In this document: in pieces, positions 1-19,199 of the stretch | How positions within the stretch are numbered: the stretch's first letter is position 1 | Layout of the letters: each line of letters starts with the position of its first letter | DNA from: the human T2T-CHM13v2.0 reference genome, Homo sapiens | Length of the DNA stretch: 64,000 nucleotides | NCBI RefSeq assembly: GCF_009914755.1 | Contig: NC_060947.1 | Reading direction: 5' to 3' (one strand) | Notes under the pieces: model-generated | Told to the model about the DNA's origin: nothing | The model's input: the letters and a program-made list of their open reading frames with translations, nothing else | Database searches by the model: none | Position numbers and translations under genes: made by a program

Positions 1-232
1 AATTGTTGGGAAATAATTCTCCATGGTGTCTGCATATTTTGTGAGCAGTGGCACTGACTTTCTTTGTTACAGACTATATTTTCAAGGATGTTTGTACAGA
101 AAACAGCCTTGGAAGACAGAGATGGTGTCTCCCTCCAAAACAAAGAGCAGGGTTATTTCTGTCCCATGTAATAAAGATAACCTTTCCTTCTAGGGTAAAC
201 GTCAGGCAGGCTTACTACCCATTATAAAAGAA

Positions 233-466
233 CTGGGAGTTGAACAATGAGAACACATGGACACAGGGAGGGGAACATCACACACTGGGACCTGTCGGGG
301 GGTGGGGGGCTAGGGGAAGGATAGCATTAGAAGAAATACCTAATGCAGGTGATGGGTTGACGGGTGCAGCAGACCACCATGGCACATGTATACCTATGTA
401 ATAAACCTGCACGTTCTGTACATGTACCCCAGAACGTAAAGTAAAATAAATAAATTTTAAAAAAAA
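233..466 (+). mobile_element. L1PA 3' end fragment (3'UTR plus A-tail)
   Basis: GAACAATGAGAACACATGGACACAGGGAGGGGAACATCACAC...G-tract...AACCTGCACGTT...AATAAA, then an A-rich tail. Confidence 0.9.
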
Positions 467-496
467 TTCAGGTTTGTTAAGCTTGGGTTTCCTCTT

Positions 497-638
497 CTTT
501 TTTACTATTTATTTATTTATAGAGATAAAGTCTCACTATGTTGCTCAAGCTGGTCTCAAACTCCTGGGCTCAAGTGATCCTCCCTGCCTCAGCCTCCCAA
601 AGTGCTGGGATTACAGTCGTAAGCCACTGCCCCCGGTC
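497..638 (-). mobile_element. FLAM/Alu left-monomer element
   Basis: Reverse-complement monomer (CTCAAACTCCTGGGCTCAAGTGATCC...GGGATTACA) with a T-rich tail. Confidence 0.85.
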
Positions 639-784
639 AGTTTCCTCTTCTGTAACACAATCCAGATGCTTGCATCACCTGGCCCTCTTCAAGTCATCCC
701 GTGAGAATTAGGGTACAGGAAACTGGCACACATGCTGATACTCTGGATATTGCTTCTGCTGTAAATAATAGTAACAACTGTAAT

Positions 785-1040
785 GCCAGGCCCAGTGGCT
801 CACACCTGTATCTCAGTGCTTTGGGAGGCTGAGACCAGCCCAGGCAACATAGCAAGACCCTGTCTCTAAAAAAATAATTTAAAATTTAGCTGGGCATGGT
901 GGTGCACGGTTGCATTCCCAGCTACTCGAGAGGTTGAGGTGGGAGGATCTCTTGAGCCCAGGAGTTTGAGGCTACAGTGAGCTGTGATCGCACCACTGCA
1001 CTGCAGCTCTGAGACAGAGCAAGATCCTGTCTCAAAAAAA
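785..1040 (+). mobile_element. AluJ with an internal left-arm deletion
   Basis: GCCAGGCCCAGTGGCTCAC...TTGAGCCCAGGAGTTTGAGGCTACAGTGAGC. The left arm jumps from GAGGCTGAG to ACCAGCC. Confidence 0.85.
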
Positions 1041-1205
1041 ATTAAAATAATAATATTATTATTACATTATTATTTAATAATAATAATAACTCCTGTCTCT
1101 GACCCAGGAGTTTTATATCTTCTACAAATATTCATGAAATCACGGCAGGATAACTTGTTAGCTTGCAAGTAGGATACAATCTCAGATCCTTCACAGTTCT
1201 TGACA

Positions 1206-1355
1206 AGAATCACCTGGAGAGCTTGTTTAAAATGTAGGTTTCTGGGTTGCCCCTCAGATTATGATTTGATAGTTCTAGGAGGAAGGCCTACGAATATGAA
1301 TTTTTGATAAGTTATTCTGATGCTGGAGGCCTTTTTACCTCCCCTGAGAAACACC
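1206..1355. mobile_element. MER5A-like hAT-Charlie non-autonomous DNA transposon
   Basis: AGAATCACCTGGAGAGCTTGTTTAAAATGTAG...ATTCTGATGCTG...TGAGAAACAC resembles MER5A. Confidence 0.65.
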
Positions 1356-1407
1356 ATCTTCAGAATTGTTAACTTGGATTTCACTATAGACTAGTCAAAT
1401 ATTTCTT

Positions 1408-1728
<321 letters not shown>

Positions 1729-2004
1729 CAAACATTTCTTCAGACATAGATAGAAGTAGTCATAGATTAACATATGAGTTCTTTTGACAATTTTTTCTAG
1801 TTTAATATAAAATGGTTAACATAGAAAATATCTGCTCAATAGATTAAAATGTAAATAAATAGAAACAAAAATAAATTGGTACCTTCGTCACTAAACTCAA
1901 CTGTTGAATCACGGTGTAAATTAAACTTGAGCTTTCATTTCTCCTCTGATAAAAAAGTGGGAAATGGTTCTTATACTAGATGACTGGTTCCTCCAGCCTG
2001 GGTT

Positions 2005-2290
2005 TCAACAAACATTTCCTGACCACTGATTGTGTACCAAGCGCTTGTTCTAGGTGCCAGAAATATAGGAATGAATGAGACAAAATTCCAGCTTTTGTGA
2101 AGCTTAAATTCTAGTGGAGAGACACAGACACTGAACTCATGGACAAATACCTCAGGTGTTTTCAGATAGTGAATAAAACAGAGCAATGGGACAGAGGATG
2201 ACCTGGTGAGTATTGAGGGGCATCTTAGCTATAGCAGGCAGAAAAAGTCTTTCTGGGGAGGTAACATTTGCGATATGATTAAAAGAAATT
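2005..2290 (-). mobile_element. L2 3' fragment
   Basis: TTCAACAAACATTT...GTGTACCAAGCGCTTGTTCTAGG...GCTTAAATTCTAGTGGAGAGAC is typical of L2 3' ends. Confidence 0.6.
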
Positions 2291-3499
2291 TTGTGGCTGT
2301 CAGTCTCTGCCTGCCAGAGACTTGCCCATTTGTAGGAATTGAAGGTCTTTAGCCTTCGTGGTCAGCCTCACCCAGCTCCTGCCAAGACTGAAAATATAAC
2401 AACAGCTTTTTCCCACTGGTGGCTGAAGTTCAGAATTAGCTTGATACCCTAAGCACATGATCTGGTGTGTTTGAGGAAAGCCCTAATCTAAAGAACTGGG
2501 CTTCACTCATTTGACACATATTTAAAGTCTGTGTCAAAAATTATTCTAGGCATTGTGGATAAGGCAGTGAATAAGAGCAGCCCTTACTCTCATGGAGCTT
2601 CTAGTAGCTTCTATGGCTGGCTTGAACTCCATCCTCACCCTACCCCCACCAGCCTAGACCTTGCCCAGTCTGTCTTCTTAGGTTGAGAGGGGAACTAGAC
2701 CATGTTCTCTTCAAACCAGATCAATCCCCAGAATCCAGAAACTTCTACCCAAATTTCTATGATTATCACCGCTGTGCAAATACTACTGTTCCTGGGCCCC
2801 AGACTCCAAATTGGCTCTGAAACCAGTACAAATAAGACTTGAATTAGCCTCATTACCTTGAACCCTGTGACTTGGACTTTTGGCAATCTCCCTTCTTCAG
2901 GTTGGGGCCCTTCTTTCTCGCTATTGCTGCCTGCCAGTCTACTCTGTCCTCTTTCCCTGTCAGGTCCCAGCATGCCTGTTGCTGTGGTTATGCCACTGAC
3001 TCCTAGAACTCCTTCTAGCTTACTTGCTCATTGCCTGATGATCAAACCTAAATGAAAACAAAGAAGATGGAGGCAGCAGTGCCTGCATCAACAGCCCTTC
3101 TCCAGTGAGAGATTCCTTCCAATCAGGAAGAGGTTGCTCTGGCAACCACCAGACTTCTCACTTCTAACTTACTCTAATCCCTCTCTTATCAATTTTCTAT
3201 TACAATTGAATGAGTTTCTTTTCTGAGACAAGTTTCTCAACCATTTTTATAACCTGCTTTGTGGCACCAATTAGCCTTTTCTTAAAGGGAAGGAATTCTT
3301 TATCTTTCTGACAATTATTTCAGTGCTTATTATATGTAAGGCAGCATGCTGGGCCTCAGTGGTAGTTTTGAAGATGGAAATACTGTATAGTTATGATGTA
3401 TGAGGGAGAGCACTGGATTTGGAGTCAGAATACCTGGTATTTAAAAATCACTTTTTAAATTTATAGAAGTCATACAAAATCATGACCAATAGCTAAAAC

Positions 3500-4020
3500 A
3501 GCACGGAGAAACATAAAATGAAAAATAAAAGTACTCATCTCTTATTCCCATTTCTCATATATAAGCAATATATTTCTGTGTTTCAGTAATTTCCAGTACA
3601 TGTATAAGCATATGTCTTTCCTGGTTTTCCCCACAAATGGGATCACTACCATACATATTATTCTGCTCTTTGACTTTATTTTACTATTTATTGAGCATTT
3701 TTTTTCGATCAGCATATATCTTCACATTCTCTTTGATGGTTGCATTGTATGGATGTACAATCCACTACTGCTGGCCATTTATGTGTCCGAATTGTTTTTA
3801 TTACAATGACTTTACAATAAATATTTTGGTACACATATTTTGGTAGAAGTGGTAGTATTTGTGTTGGATAAATTTCTAGATGAGAAACTACTGGGTTGTA
3901 AGTGTAAGCTTACTGGGTTGTAAGCATTTAACATTTTGAACATATATTGCCAAATTGCTCTTCTAAACAATTGTATCAATCTATCGTCTTGACAACAGCA
4001 TATGAGAGTGACTATTTGCC
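3500..4020 (-). mobile_element. Old L1M 3' fragment
   Basis: ATATTGCCAAATTGCTCTTCTAAACAATTGTATCAAT resembles the antisense ORF2 C-terminus and 3'UTR. Confidence 0.55.
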
Positions 4021-4174
4021 AAGAAAACCTGGTCTTTAATCCCATTACTTTCTAGGAGTGCAACATTGGGGAAATTACTTAACCTAGTTGAACTGCCATG
4101 ACTTCTCTGTAGAATGGAGATGACAGAGCCTTCCTCACACAATTGTAAGGGTTAAAATTAAATAGGACAATCTC

Positions 4175-4792
4175 AAAAAATTAACATAGGGTTACCATGT
4201 GACCCAGTAATTACACTCCTAGGTATGTGCTCAAGAGAAATGAAGGTGTATGACCCCACAAAAATTTGCACATGAATATTTATATTGCAGCATTTTTCAT
4301 AATTGCCAAAAGATAGAAACAATCGGATGTCCATCAACTATACACACACACACACACACACATACCTATATATAGATATAAATAATGTGCTATATCTATT
4401 TAATTAAATATTATTTGTCAGTAAAAAATAATGAAGTGCTGACATATGCCGTAACACAGATGAACCTTGAAAATATACCATGTGAAAGAAGCTACTCACA
4501 AAAGGCCACATATTGTATGAGCCCAGTTATATGAAATGGCAAGAACAGGCACCTCTATACAAACAGAAAGTAGATTAATGGTTGTTTAGAGCTGAGGAAA
4601 GGTTAGTGGGGGAAAATGGAGAGTGATTGCTAATGAGTATGGGGCTTCTTTTTTGGGGTGATGAGAATGTTTTAAAATTGGTTATGGTAATGGTTGCACA
4701 ACTCTGTGACTATACTAAAATATTGATTTTATACTTTAAATGGATAAATTATATGCTATATGAATTATATCTAAAGTTCTTATATAAAAATA
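4175..4792 (+). mobile_element. L1M (MB/MC-like) 3' end
   Basis: ORF2 end (TACCATGTGACCCAGTAATTACACTCCTAGG) followed by a typical mammalian L1 3'UTR. Contains a (CA)n at ~4341-4362. Confidence 0.8.
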
Positions 4793-4804
4793 TTAAATGA
4801 GATA

Positions 4805-7368
<2,564 letters not shown>

Positions 7369-7369
7369 C

Positions 7370-7880
7370 TGTGATGCCTTTTTGATGTGCCAACTTGGCT
7401 ACGCTACAGTTTTCAGTTATTTAGTCAAACACTAATCTAGGTGTTTCAGTGAAGATATTTTGCAGGTGTGACTAAGCCCCTAATCAGTTAACTTTAAGTA
7501 AGGAATTTTATCCTGGATGGACCTGACTGAATCTATTAAAAGGCTGTAAAAGCAGAGCTGAGATTTCCCTGGGAGAGAGAAGAAATTCCACCAGTAGACC
7601 ACAGCTTTGGCCCATATATCCATACGATTCCATTCTGCTCATTATCCTTCCTTCATGACTTCCTGCAGATAAAAGTTTCAGCCTGTGTGCATGAGTTCTA
7701 AACTGCCTGTGATCCTCCCTTCCTGACTGACTGCCGTATAGATTTTGGACTTGCTTAGCCAGTTCTCACACAATCTCACAATTGTATATGTCAATTCTTT
7801 ATAAAGTCTCTCTCTCTCTCTCTCTCTTCACTCCCCCCTCCACCTCTGGTCACACACATCCTACTGGTTCTGCTTCTGAT
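7370..7880 (+). mobile_element. MLT2-family (ERVL) LTR
   Basis: TGTGATG...TGTGCCAACTTGGCTA...TAATCAGTTAACTTTAAGTAAGG...(CT)n...CCTACTGGTTCTG. Confidence 0.75.
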
Positions 7881-7884
7881 GATA

Positions 7885-9183
<1,299 letters not shown>

Positions 9184-9184
9184 T

Positions 9185-9640
9185 CATCTTATATTCATAA
9201 GAAATACTGGTCTGTAGTTTTCTTCCCATGTAGTATCTTTGCCTAGCTTTAGTATTAGGGTAACACTGGCCTCATACAATGAGTTGGGAAGTTCTCCCTC
9301 CTGTTCTTGTCCTTCTCCTCTTCCTCCTCCTTCTTCTTTCTTCTTCTTCTTCTTCTTCTTCTTCTTCTTCTTCTTCTTCTTCTTCTTTTTAAGATTATGT
9401 ACAACTGACATTATTTCTTTCTTAAGTGTTTCGTAGAATTTGTGAGTGAAACCATCTGGGCCTGGACGCTTTTTAACTACAAATCACATTTACTTGACGG
9501 ATCTCAAACTACCCAGGTTACCTATTCCTTTTTGAGTGAACTTCGATAATGTGTATCTGTCAAGAAATTGGTCCATTACATCTAAGGAGTATAGACATAA
9601 ATTTGTTTGTATTATTTCGCTATTATACTTATAATGTCTG
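9185..9640 (-). mobile_element. L1M ORF2 fragment (antisense)
   Basis: Minus ORF gives GELPNSLYEASVTLILKLGKDTT.EENYRPVFLMNI, the L1 ORF2 pre-RT motif. Confidence 0.85.
9338..9385. repeat. (TTC)16 / GAA trinucleotide microsatellite
   Basis: 48 bp of pure TTC, preceded by a degenerate CTC/TTC tract. Confidence 0.95.
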
Positions 9641-10253
9641 AAGGGTGAGCAACCATTAAAATAACAAAACAAGGAGTTATAGTCAATAATCTAAAACAAG
9701 ACAAAATGGAATAATAAAAAGTATTCAATTCCAGAGAAGACAAAGAGGAAAGATGGAAGAAAAATAAAATGGAACAAATAGAAAACATGATAGATTTAAA
9801 TCTAAGCATACCTAAAATTACATTAAATGAAAATTACCTCAACACTCCAGTGAAAAGGCAGAGATTGTCAAATAGGGTAAAAATGCAAGACCTAACCATA
9901 GTTGCTGCCTGCAAGAGCCATACTTTAAATATAAAGAGACAAATAGGTGAAAAGGAAAAAATGGGGAAAATATAACATGGCAACTCTTGTCAAAAGGAAT
10001 CTGGAGTGGCTATTAACATCAGACAGTGTAGATTTCAGCACAAATGATATCGTTAGGAATAAAGAAGGTCATTTCATAATGACAAAGGGTTCCATTCATC
10101 AGGAAGAAATAAGATTTCTAAATGTTTATGCAGCTAATAAAAGAGCTTCAAAATACATGGAACAAAAACTGACAGAACTACAAGAAAAAATAGACAAATC
10201 CATGATTCTGACTGGAGACTTCAATACCCCTCTCTTAAAATTTGATGGGATAA

Positions 10254-10884
<631 letters not shown>

Positions 10885-13231
10885 AGTCTAACAACTACCA
10901 ACCAACTTAAACTAATTGACATAATATAGTGTAATTCACTATATTATGGAACACTCCACCCAACTACAGAAGAATACTCATTGCTTTCAAGTGTACATGA
11001 AACATTCAAGATGGCCTACATTGAAGGTAATATAAGAAACATTAAGAAAATTAAAAGAATCCAGCCATACAAAGTATGTGTTCTCATCAAAACAAAATTA
11101 CAAATCAATAACAAAAACATACCTGAAAATTCTCCAAATATTTAAAAACAAAATGACACCCTTCTAACTAATCCATGGATCAAAGAAGAGGTCTAAAGGG
11201 TTATTAGAATATATTCTGATCTGAATGAAAGTGAAAATACAACATAGAAGAATTTGCAAGATGCTGCTAAAGTAGTAAAAGGGGAAAATTTATAGCATGA
11301 AAACACTTATATTAACAAAGAACAAACGTTCTAAAGTCATTGACTTCAATTTCATATTAAGACACTAGGAAATGAAGAGCAAATTCAACCCAAAATAAAC
11401 TGAAAAAAGGAAACACGTAAATAAAAAAAGAACAGGGTGGGAGTCAATGGTATAGAAAACAGGAAAACAATAGAGAAAAATCAATGAAGCCAAAATCTGG
11501 TTCTTTGAAAAGATCAATAAAATTGGTAAGCCTCTACCAGATTGACCAACAAAACAGAGGGAAGACATGCATCACTAATGTCAGAAATAAGAAAAATGAT
11601 ATCACTACAGAATCCACAAAATATTAAGTGGATTATGGGACGCTAACAATTATATGCCTATAAATTTGACAATTTAAATAAAATGGATAAATTCTCTGAA
11701 AGAAACAAACTACCAAAGCTCACACAAGAACAATTAGATAACTTGAATAGCCCTACATCTATTAATACAATTGAATTGGTAATTAAAAACCTGCCACAAA
11801 GGAAACATCAGGCCCCAGATGACTTCATCGATGAATTCTACCAAAAATTTAAGGAATAAACAATACCAATTCAACACTAACTCTTCCAGAAAATTGAGGA
11901 AGAGAGAATATTTCCCAACTAATTGTTCTGATACCAAGATATTTTCTATGGCCAGCACTACCCTGATACAAAAATTTTCTGAACAAAATTTCAGCAAACA
12001 GAATTCAATATTATATAAAAAGGATGATAATGCACTATGATGACATAGGGTTTATCCCAAAAATGCAGGGTTGATTTTATATTTGAAAATTAGTCAATGT
12101 AACTCACTATATTAACAAACTGGAAAGAAAAAATTACATGATCATCTTAACCAGTGCAAAAAAAGTACATGACAAAATTTAACATCTGTTTCTCATATAA
12201 ATTCTCAGCAAAGTAGGAATCACTGGGGACTTCCTCAACCTGATGAAAAACAGTTACAAAGAACCTATAGCTAGTATGATACTTATTAGTGAAGGATCAG
12301 GAATAGGGAAAGGAATGTCCACTTTTACTCTTCTATTCAACATTGCATTGGACATTCTAGCCAGTGCAATCAGGCAAGACAAATAAATAAAAGATATCCA
12401 GATCGGAACGGAAGAAGTAAAACTGTATTTATTCACAAACATGATAATTTATCTAGAAGTCTGATGGAATTTTTAGAAAATCTCTTTAAACTATTAAGTG
12501 TGTTTGGCAAGATTGCAGGATACAAGATCAGTACACAAAAATTAATTGTGTTTCTGTATACTAGCAATGAAAAATCAATAATTGAAATAAATAAAACAAT
12601 ACCATTTACAATAGCAACAAAATACTTAGGGATCTTAATCCAATACCTAATCCAAAATACTTAAGGATACACCTGACAAAAGATGTGAAAGATCTGTACA
12701 GTGAAAACTACAGAAAATTGCTGGGAGAAACTGAAGAAAACCCAAAATGATTGGGGAGATATATTATATTTGTGGGTCAGAAGATTCAACATTATTAAAG
12801 TGTCAATTCTCCCCAGATTGATCTATGGATTTAAATGCAATCCCAATCAAAATCCCTGAAGGCTTGTAGAATTGACAAGCTGATTCTAAAATTCATATGG
12901 AAATGCAAAGGACATAGAATAGTTAAAGCAACTTTGAAGAAGAACATAATTAGAGGGCTAGTAAAAATGCCCATACTACCCAAAGCAATCTACAGATTAA
13001 ATACAATCCCTATGAAAATTTCAACATCATTCATTACAGAAATTTTTAGAAATCTTAAAATTCATATGGAACCACAAAAAATCTTGACTAAGGCAATTGT
13101 GAGGAAAAAGGGAAAGCTGGAGGCATCACACTACTGGATTTCAAATATATTACAAAGCTGTAGTAATTCAGACAGCATACTATTGGCATAAAAACAGATA
13201 CATCAACCAATGGAATAGAATAGAGAGCCCA

Positions 13232-13570
<339 letters not shown>

Positions 13571-14524
13571 TCAACTGATTTTTCACAAAGATGCCAACAA
13601 CTCCTAATGGAGAAAGAAAAAGAGAATAGTCTCTTCAATAAATAGCATTGAATAAACTGGACATCCATATACAGAAAAATGAGAATGGACCCTTGTCTCA
13701 CCTCTTATACACGAATCAACTCAAAATGGATTAAAGACTTAAACGTAAAACCTGAAAATATAAAATCACTGAAAGGAAACATGAGGTAAATCTCCATGAC
13801 GTTGGTCTGGGCAGAGACTTCTTGGATATGACATCAAACCACAGGCAAAAATAGACAAACAGGATTGTATCAAAATAAAAAGCTGCTGCACAGCAAAGGA
13901 AACAATTAATAGAATGAAGAGACAACACAGGGATTGGGAGAAAATATTTGCAAATCATACATCGAATAAGGGGCTAATATATACAAGGGACTCAAACTGC
14001 TCAAGAACAAAGAAAACAAATAACCCTATTTAAAAATGGGCAAAGGATTTGAATAGAAATTTTTCAAAAGAAGACGTAAAAGTGGCCAACATATATATGA
14101 AAAAAATCTTCAATATCTCTAATCATCAGAGAAATGCAAAATAAAACCAGAATGAAATATCACCTCACACCTGTTAGATTGACTATCATCAAAAAGATGA
14201 AAGATAACAAGCATTGTTAAGGATATGGAGAAAAGGGAACTTTTATACACTTTTGGTAGTATTATAAATTAGTACAGTCATTTTCTCAAAAACTGAAAAA
14301 TAGAATCACCATATGATCCAGAAATCCCACTACTGGGTATATACCCAAAGGAATTCAAATCAGTATGCTGAAGAGATGCCTGCATTTCCATGTTTATTGC
14401 TGCATTATTCACAATAGCTAAGATACAGAAACAACCTAAGTGTCCATCAATGGATGAATGGATTTTAAATTGTGGTATTTATACATAATACTATTTGGCC
14501 TTAAAAAACACACAGGAAATTCCA

Positions 14525-14812
14525 GGCCAGGCACAGTGGCTCATGCCTGTTATCCCAATGCTTTGGGAAGCTGAGGCAGGAGGATCCCTTGAGGCCAGGA
14601 GTTCAAGACCAGCCTTAGCAGTATATCAAGACCCCGTCTCTCCAAAATAAAATAAAATAAATAGCCAGGCATGTCATGCACCTGTAGTCCTAGCTACTTG
14701 GAAGACTGAGACAGGAGAATTGCTTGAGCCCAGGAATGCAAGGTTATAGTTATATCACTGTACTCCAGCCTGGGTGACAGACCCTTTCTCTAAAAACAAA
14801 AACAAAAAATAA
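14525..14812 (+). mobile_element. AluJ
   Basis: Diverged dimer with TTGAGGCCAGGAGTTC and TTGAGCCCAGG. ACAGGAAATTC on both flanks. Confidence 0.88.
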
Positions 14813-16184
14813 ACAGGAAATTCTGCCATCTGTGACAACATGTGTGGACTTAGAGTATATTATGTTAAATGAAATAAGCCAGACATAGAGACAAATGCCG
14901 CAGGATCTCACTTATACATGGAATTTTTAAAAGTTGAACTCACAGAAGTAGAGAGTAGAATGGTGGTTACCAGAGGCTGGTGGTGGGAGGGGGATGGGGA
15001 AAGGGGAGACATTATCAACAAGTACAAAATTTCAGTTAGACAAGAAGAATAAGTTCTGGTGTTGTATTGCACAACAAAGGTGACTAAAGTTAATCATGTA
15101 TATTTCAAAATAGCTAAAAGAGAGGATTTTAAATGTTCTCACAACAAAGAAATGATAAGCATTCAAGGTGACAAATACGTTAATTATTTGATTTGATCAT
15201 TCTGCAATGTATGCTTGTATTGAAACATCACATTGTACTCCATAAATATATGCAATTATTATTTGTCAGTTAAAAATTAAAAAGAACAAAGTTAGAGGGC
15301 TAATACTACCTGATTTTAAGACTTCCTTTAAAGCTACAGTAATATAGACAGCATGGTATTGGTGTGAAGATAGATAAATAGATCAGTGGAATAGAATAGA
15401 AAAACCATAAATAGACTTTTACATGTAAGGACAACTGATTTTTGACAAAGGTGAAGAGGCAATTTAGTTGAGAAAGGATACTGTTTTCAATAAATGATGC
15501 TAGAGCAATTAGATAGATATGTATATGTCAAAAAAGAGAGAACATAAATCCATACCTTGCATCTAAAAAAATGCTCAAAATGGATCATAGACTTAAATGT
15601 AATACTTCTAGATAGAATAGCATAGAGCATAGATGTAAATATAAATTTCTAGAAGAAAACATAGAAAAAAACCTTTGTGAACTAGGATTAGGCAAAAATG
15701 TCTTAGATATGACACCAAAAACACAATACATAAAAATGTGATAAATTGGACTTCATTAAAATTTAAAACATCTGTTCTTCAAAAGACATGGTGAAGAAAA
15801 GAGTAAGATGACCCACAAAATGAGAGAAAATATGTGCAAACCATATATCTTATAAAGGACATGCACTCAGAATATATAGAGAACTGCCAAAACTTATCAC
15901 TAAGAAAATAAATAACTAAATTAAAAATGGGCAAAAAATATGAAAAGATATTTCACTAAAGAAGATATCTGAATGGCAAATAAGCACGTGAAAATATGCT
16001 CAACATTGATAGTCCTTAGGGAAATATAAATAAAATTGCAATGAGATACCAACTATTAGAACAGTTAAAATTTTGACCATACCAAGTCTTGGCAAGGATG
16101 CAGAGGAAATGGAACTCTCTCATACATTGCTGATGGGAATGTAAATGGTACAACCATTTTTGAAAACAGTTTGCAGGTTCTTAA

Positions 16185-16896
<712 letters not shown>

Positions 16897-17424
16897 CCAA
16901 CCACACTACTCTTAGATTTTTACCCAAGAGAAATGAAAGTATGTGTCAGGACAAATACTTGTACATGAATGTTCATAGCAGCTTTATTTGTACTGGCCAA
17001 CAACTGGAAACAGCTCAAATGTTTGGAAATGGATAAACAAACTGTGGTATGTCGACACAATAGACTATTGCTCAGCATTAAACAGGAATAAACTGAGTGA
17101 ATGGCATAACATGGATGAATCTCAAAAGAATTAAGCTGAGTGAAAGAAGCCAAAGTGTTCATATTGTATGATTCCATTTATGTAAAACAAGAAGAAATGC
17201 AAACTAATACATAATGACAGAAAGCAGATCAGTAGTTCCCTTGAGACAAGGCTGAATGGGGACAGATTAAAAAAGGGCATGCAGAAACTTTGGAGTAATG
17301 GTTATGTTCAATATCTTAATTGTGACGGTATATACATACATTAATCTCATTAAATTGTATACTTTAAACGTGTGAAATTTTATTGTATGCCAATTATATC
17401 TCAACAAAGGTGTTAAATTAAATG

Positions 17425-18631
17425 ATCCTGGCAACATTTTTTTATGGCCATAGACAAGCTTATTCTAAAATTTATATTGAAAGGTACAGGACCTAGAATA
17501 GCTAAAGCATCTTTAAAAAGAAGAATAAAATGGGAGGAATGAGTCTACCCAATATGAAGTCCTGCTACATAGCCACAGTAATCAAAATAGTGTCACGTTG
17601 GAAGGATAGACACATAGATCAATAAAATGGGATAGAGAACCTAGAAATAGACACACACAAATATGCCCAATTGATTTTTGACAAAGGTGTAAAACCAATT
17701 CAATTGAGGAAGCATAGACTTTTCAATAAACGGTCCTGGAGCCACTGAGCATCTATAGGCAGAAAAATGAACATCTATCTAAACCTTATACCTTATAAAA
17801 TTAACTCAAGGTGAATTACAGACTTAACAAAGAACTATTATTTAAAAGTTTAGAAAAATAGGGGGAAATCTTTTGGATATAGGGCCAGGCAGAATTTGTA
17901 GACTTTATACCAAAAGCATGATCCATAAAAGAAAAAATTATAAATTGGACTTTATCAAAGTTAAAAACTTTTGCTTTGTGAAAAAACATGTTAAAGGAGG
18001 AAAAGATAAGCTACACACTGGGAGAAAATATTTGTACAACACATATTTGATAAAGGATTTGTATCTCATATACTACAAAGAGCTCTTAAAACTCAACAAT
18101 AAAAAAGCAATCCTATTAGAAAATGGGCAAAAGACATGAAGAAACCAAGAACATGGTCAAATAAGCTTATGGAAGTATGTCAACACCATTAGCCTTTAGG
18201 GCGATAAAAATTGCCCTGTGTGAGGTCATAATGAGATAATCACTATACACCTATCAGAATGGTTAAAATAGAAAAGTGACAACACCATATGCCAGTTAGT
18301 ATGTAAAGAAAATGAATTCCCAATATGTTGCTGGTGGAAATATAAAATGGCACAGCCACTCTGGAAAACAGTTTGATAGTTTATTATAAAACTAAACATG
18401 CAATTACTATATGACCCAGTAATTACACACCTGGGCATTTATCCCAGAAAAATGAAAATTTGTATTGACCTAAAAACTTGTACACAAATGTTAATAGCAG
18501 CCTTATTCATAACAGTCAAGACTGGGAACAACTCAGGTAACATAAAACGGGTGAATGTTTAAACAAACCACGGTATATCCATACCACGGATTACTACTTA
18601 GCAACAGAAAGGAACAAACTACTGATACACA
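17425..18631 (+). mobile_element. L1M ORF2 3' fragment
   Basis: ATAGACAAGCTTATTCTAAAATTTATA...; ORF 17873-18139 contains KLDFIKVKNFC. Confidence 0.8.
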
Positions 18632-19032
18632 TGTCTTAGTCTGTTTTATATTGCTATAACAATACCACAGACTGTGTACTTGATAAACAATAGGAGTTTG
18701 TTTGGATCACATTCTGGAGGCTGAGAAGTCGAAGAGCATGGCACCAGCATCTGGTGAGGGCATTCATGCTCCATCATCCATCCCATGGCAGAAGGCAGAA
18801 AAGCAAGAGAGGTACAAGAGAGGGAGAGCAAAAGGAGGCCAAACTTGCTTTTATAACAAAACCATTCTCATGATAACTAACTCACTCCAGAGATAAGGTT
18901 ATTAATCCATTCATGAGAGCAGAACCCTCAATGACCTAGTCACCTCTTATTAGGTTCCATCTCCCAGCGCTGCTGCATTGGGGATAAAGTTTTCAACACA
19001 TGAACTTTGGGGGACTCATATAAACCATAGCA
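18632..19032 (-). mobile_element. MST-family (MSTC/D-like) MaLR solo LTR
   Basis: TGTCTTAGTCTGTTT...GAGGCTGAGAAGTC...TTTCAACACATGAAC...AAACCATAGCA. Confidence 0.82.
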
Positions 19033-19042
19033 ATGGATTATA

Positions 19043-19155
19043 TGTGCCTTAATCTTGGACTTTCCAGCCTCCAGAACTGTGAGAAATAGATTTCTGCTCT
19101 TTATAAATTGCTCATGTGAGGGTATTTTGTTATAGCTGCCTAAACAGACCAAGAC
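19043..19155 (+). mobile_element. MLT1 LTR 3' fragment
   Basis: CCTTAATCTTGGACTTTCCAGCCTCCAGAACTGTGAGAAATA...TTTGTTATAGC...AAGACA. Confidence 0.75.
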
Positions 19156-19199
19156 AGGCCCTCATGTACAGAAATACTGTCTCATGTAAAAAGGATGGA

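Larger units (their letters stand above)
4..1205 (+). mobile_element. ERV1-class solo LTR (MER-type), interrupted by an L1 3' end and two Alu-family elements
   Basis: Starts TGTTGGGAA and ends ...TTCTTGACA (TG...CA). LTR-like segments at 4-232, 640-783 and 1090-1205 resume around the inserts. Family recognised from memory; subfamily uncertain. Confidence 0.6.

Noticed and set aside
9184-9436. Poly-Lys / poly-Phe ORFs
   Set aside because: Translation of the (TTC)n microsatellite.
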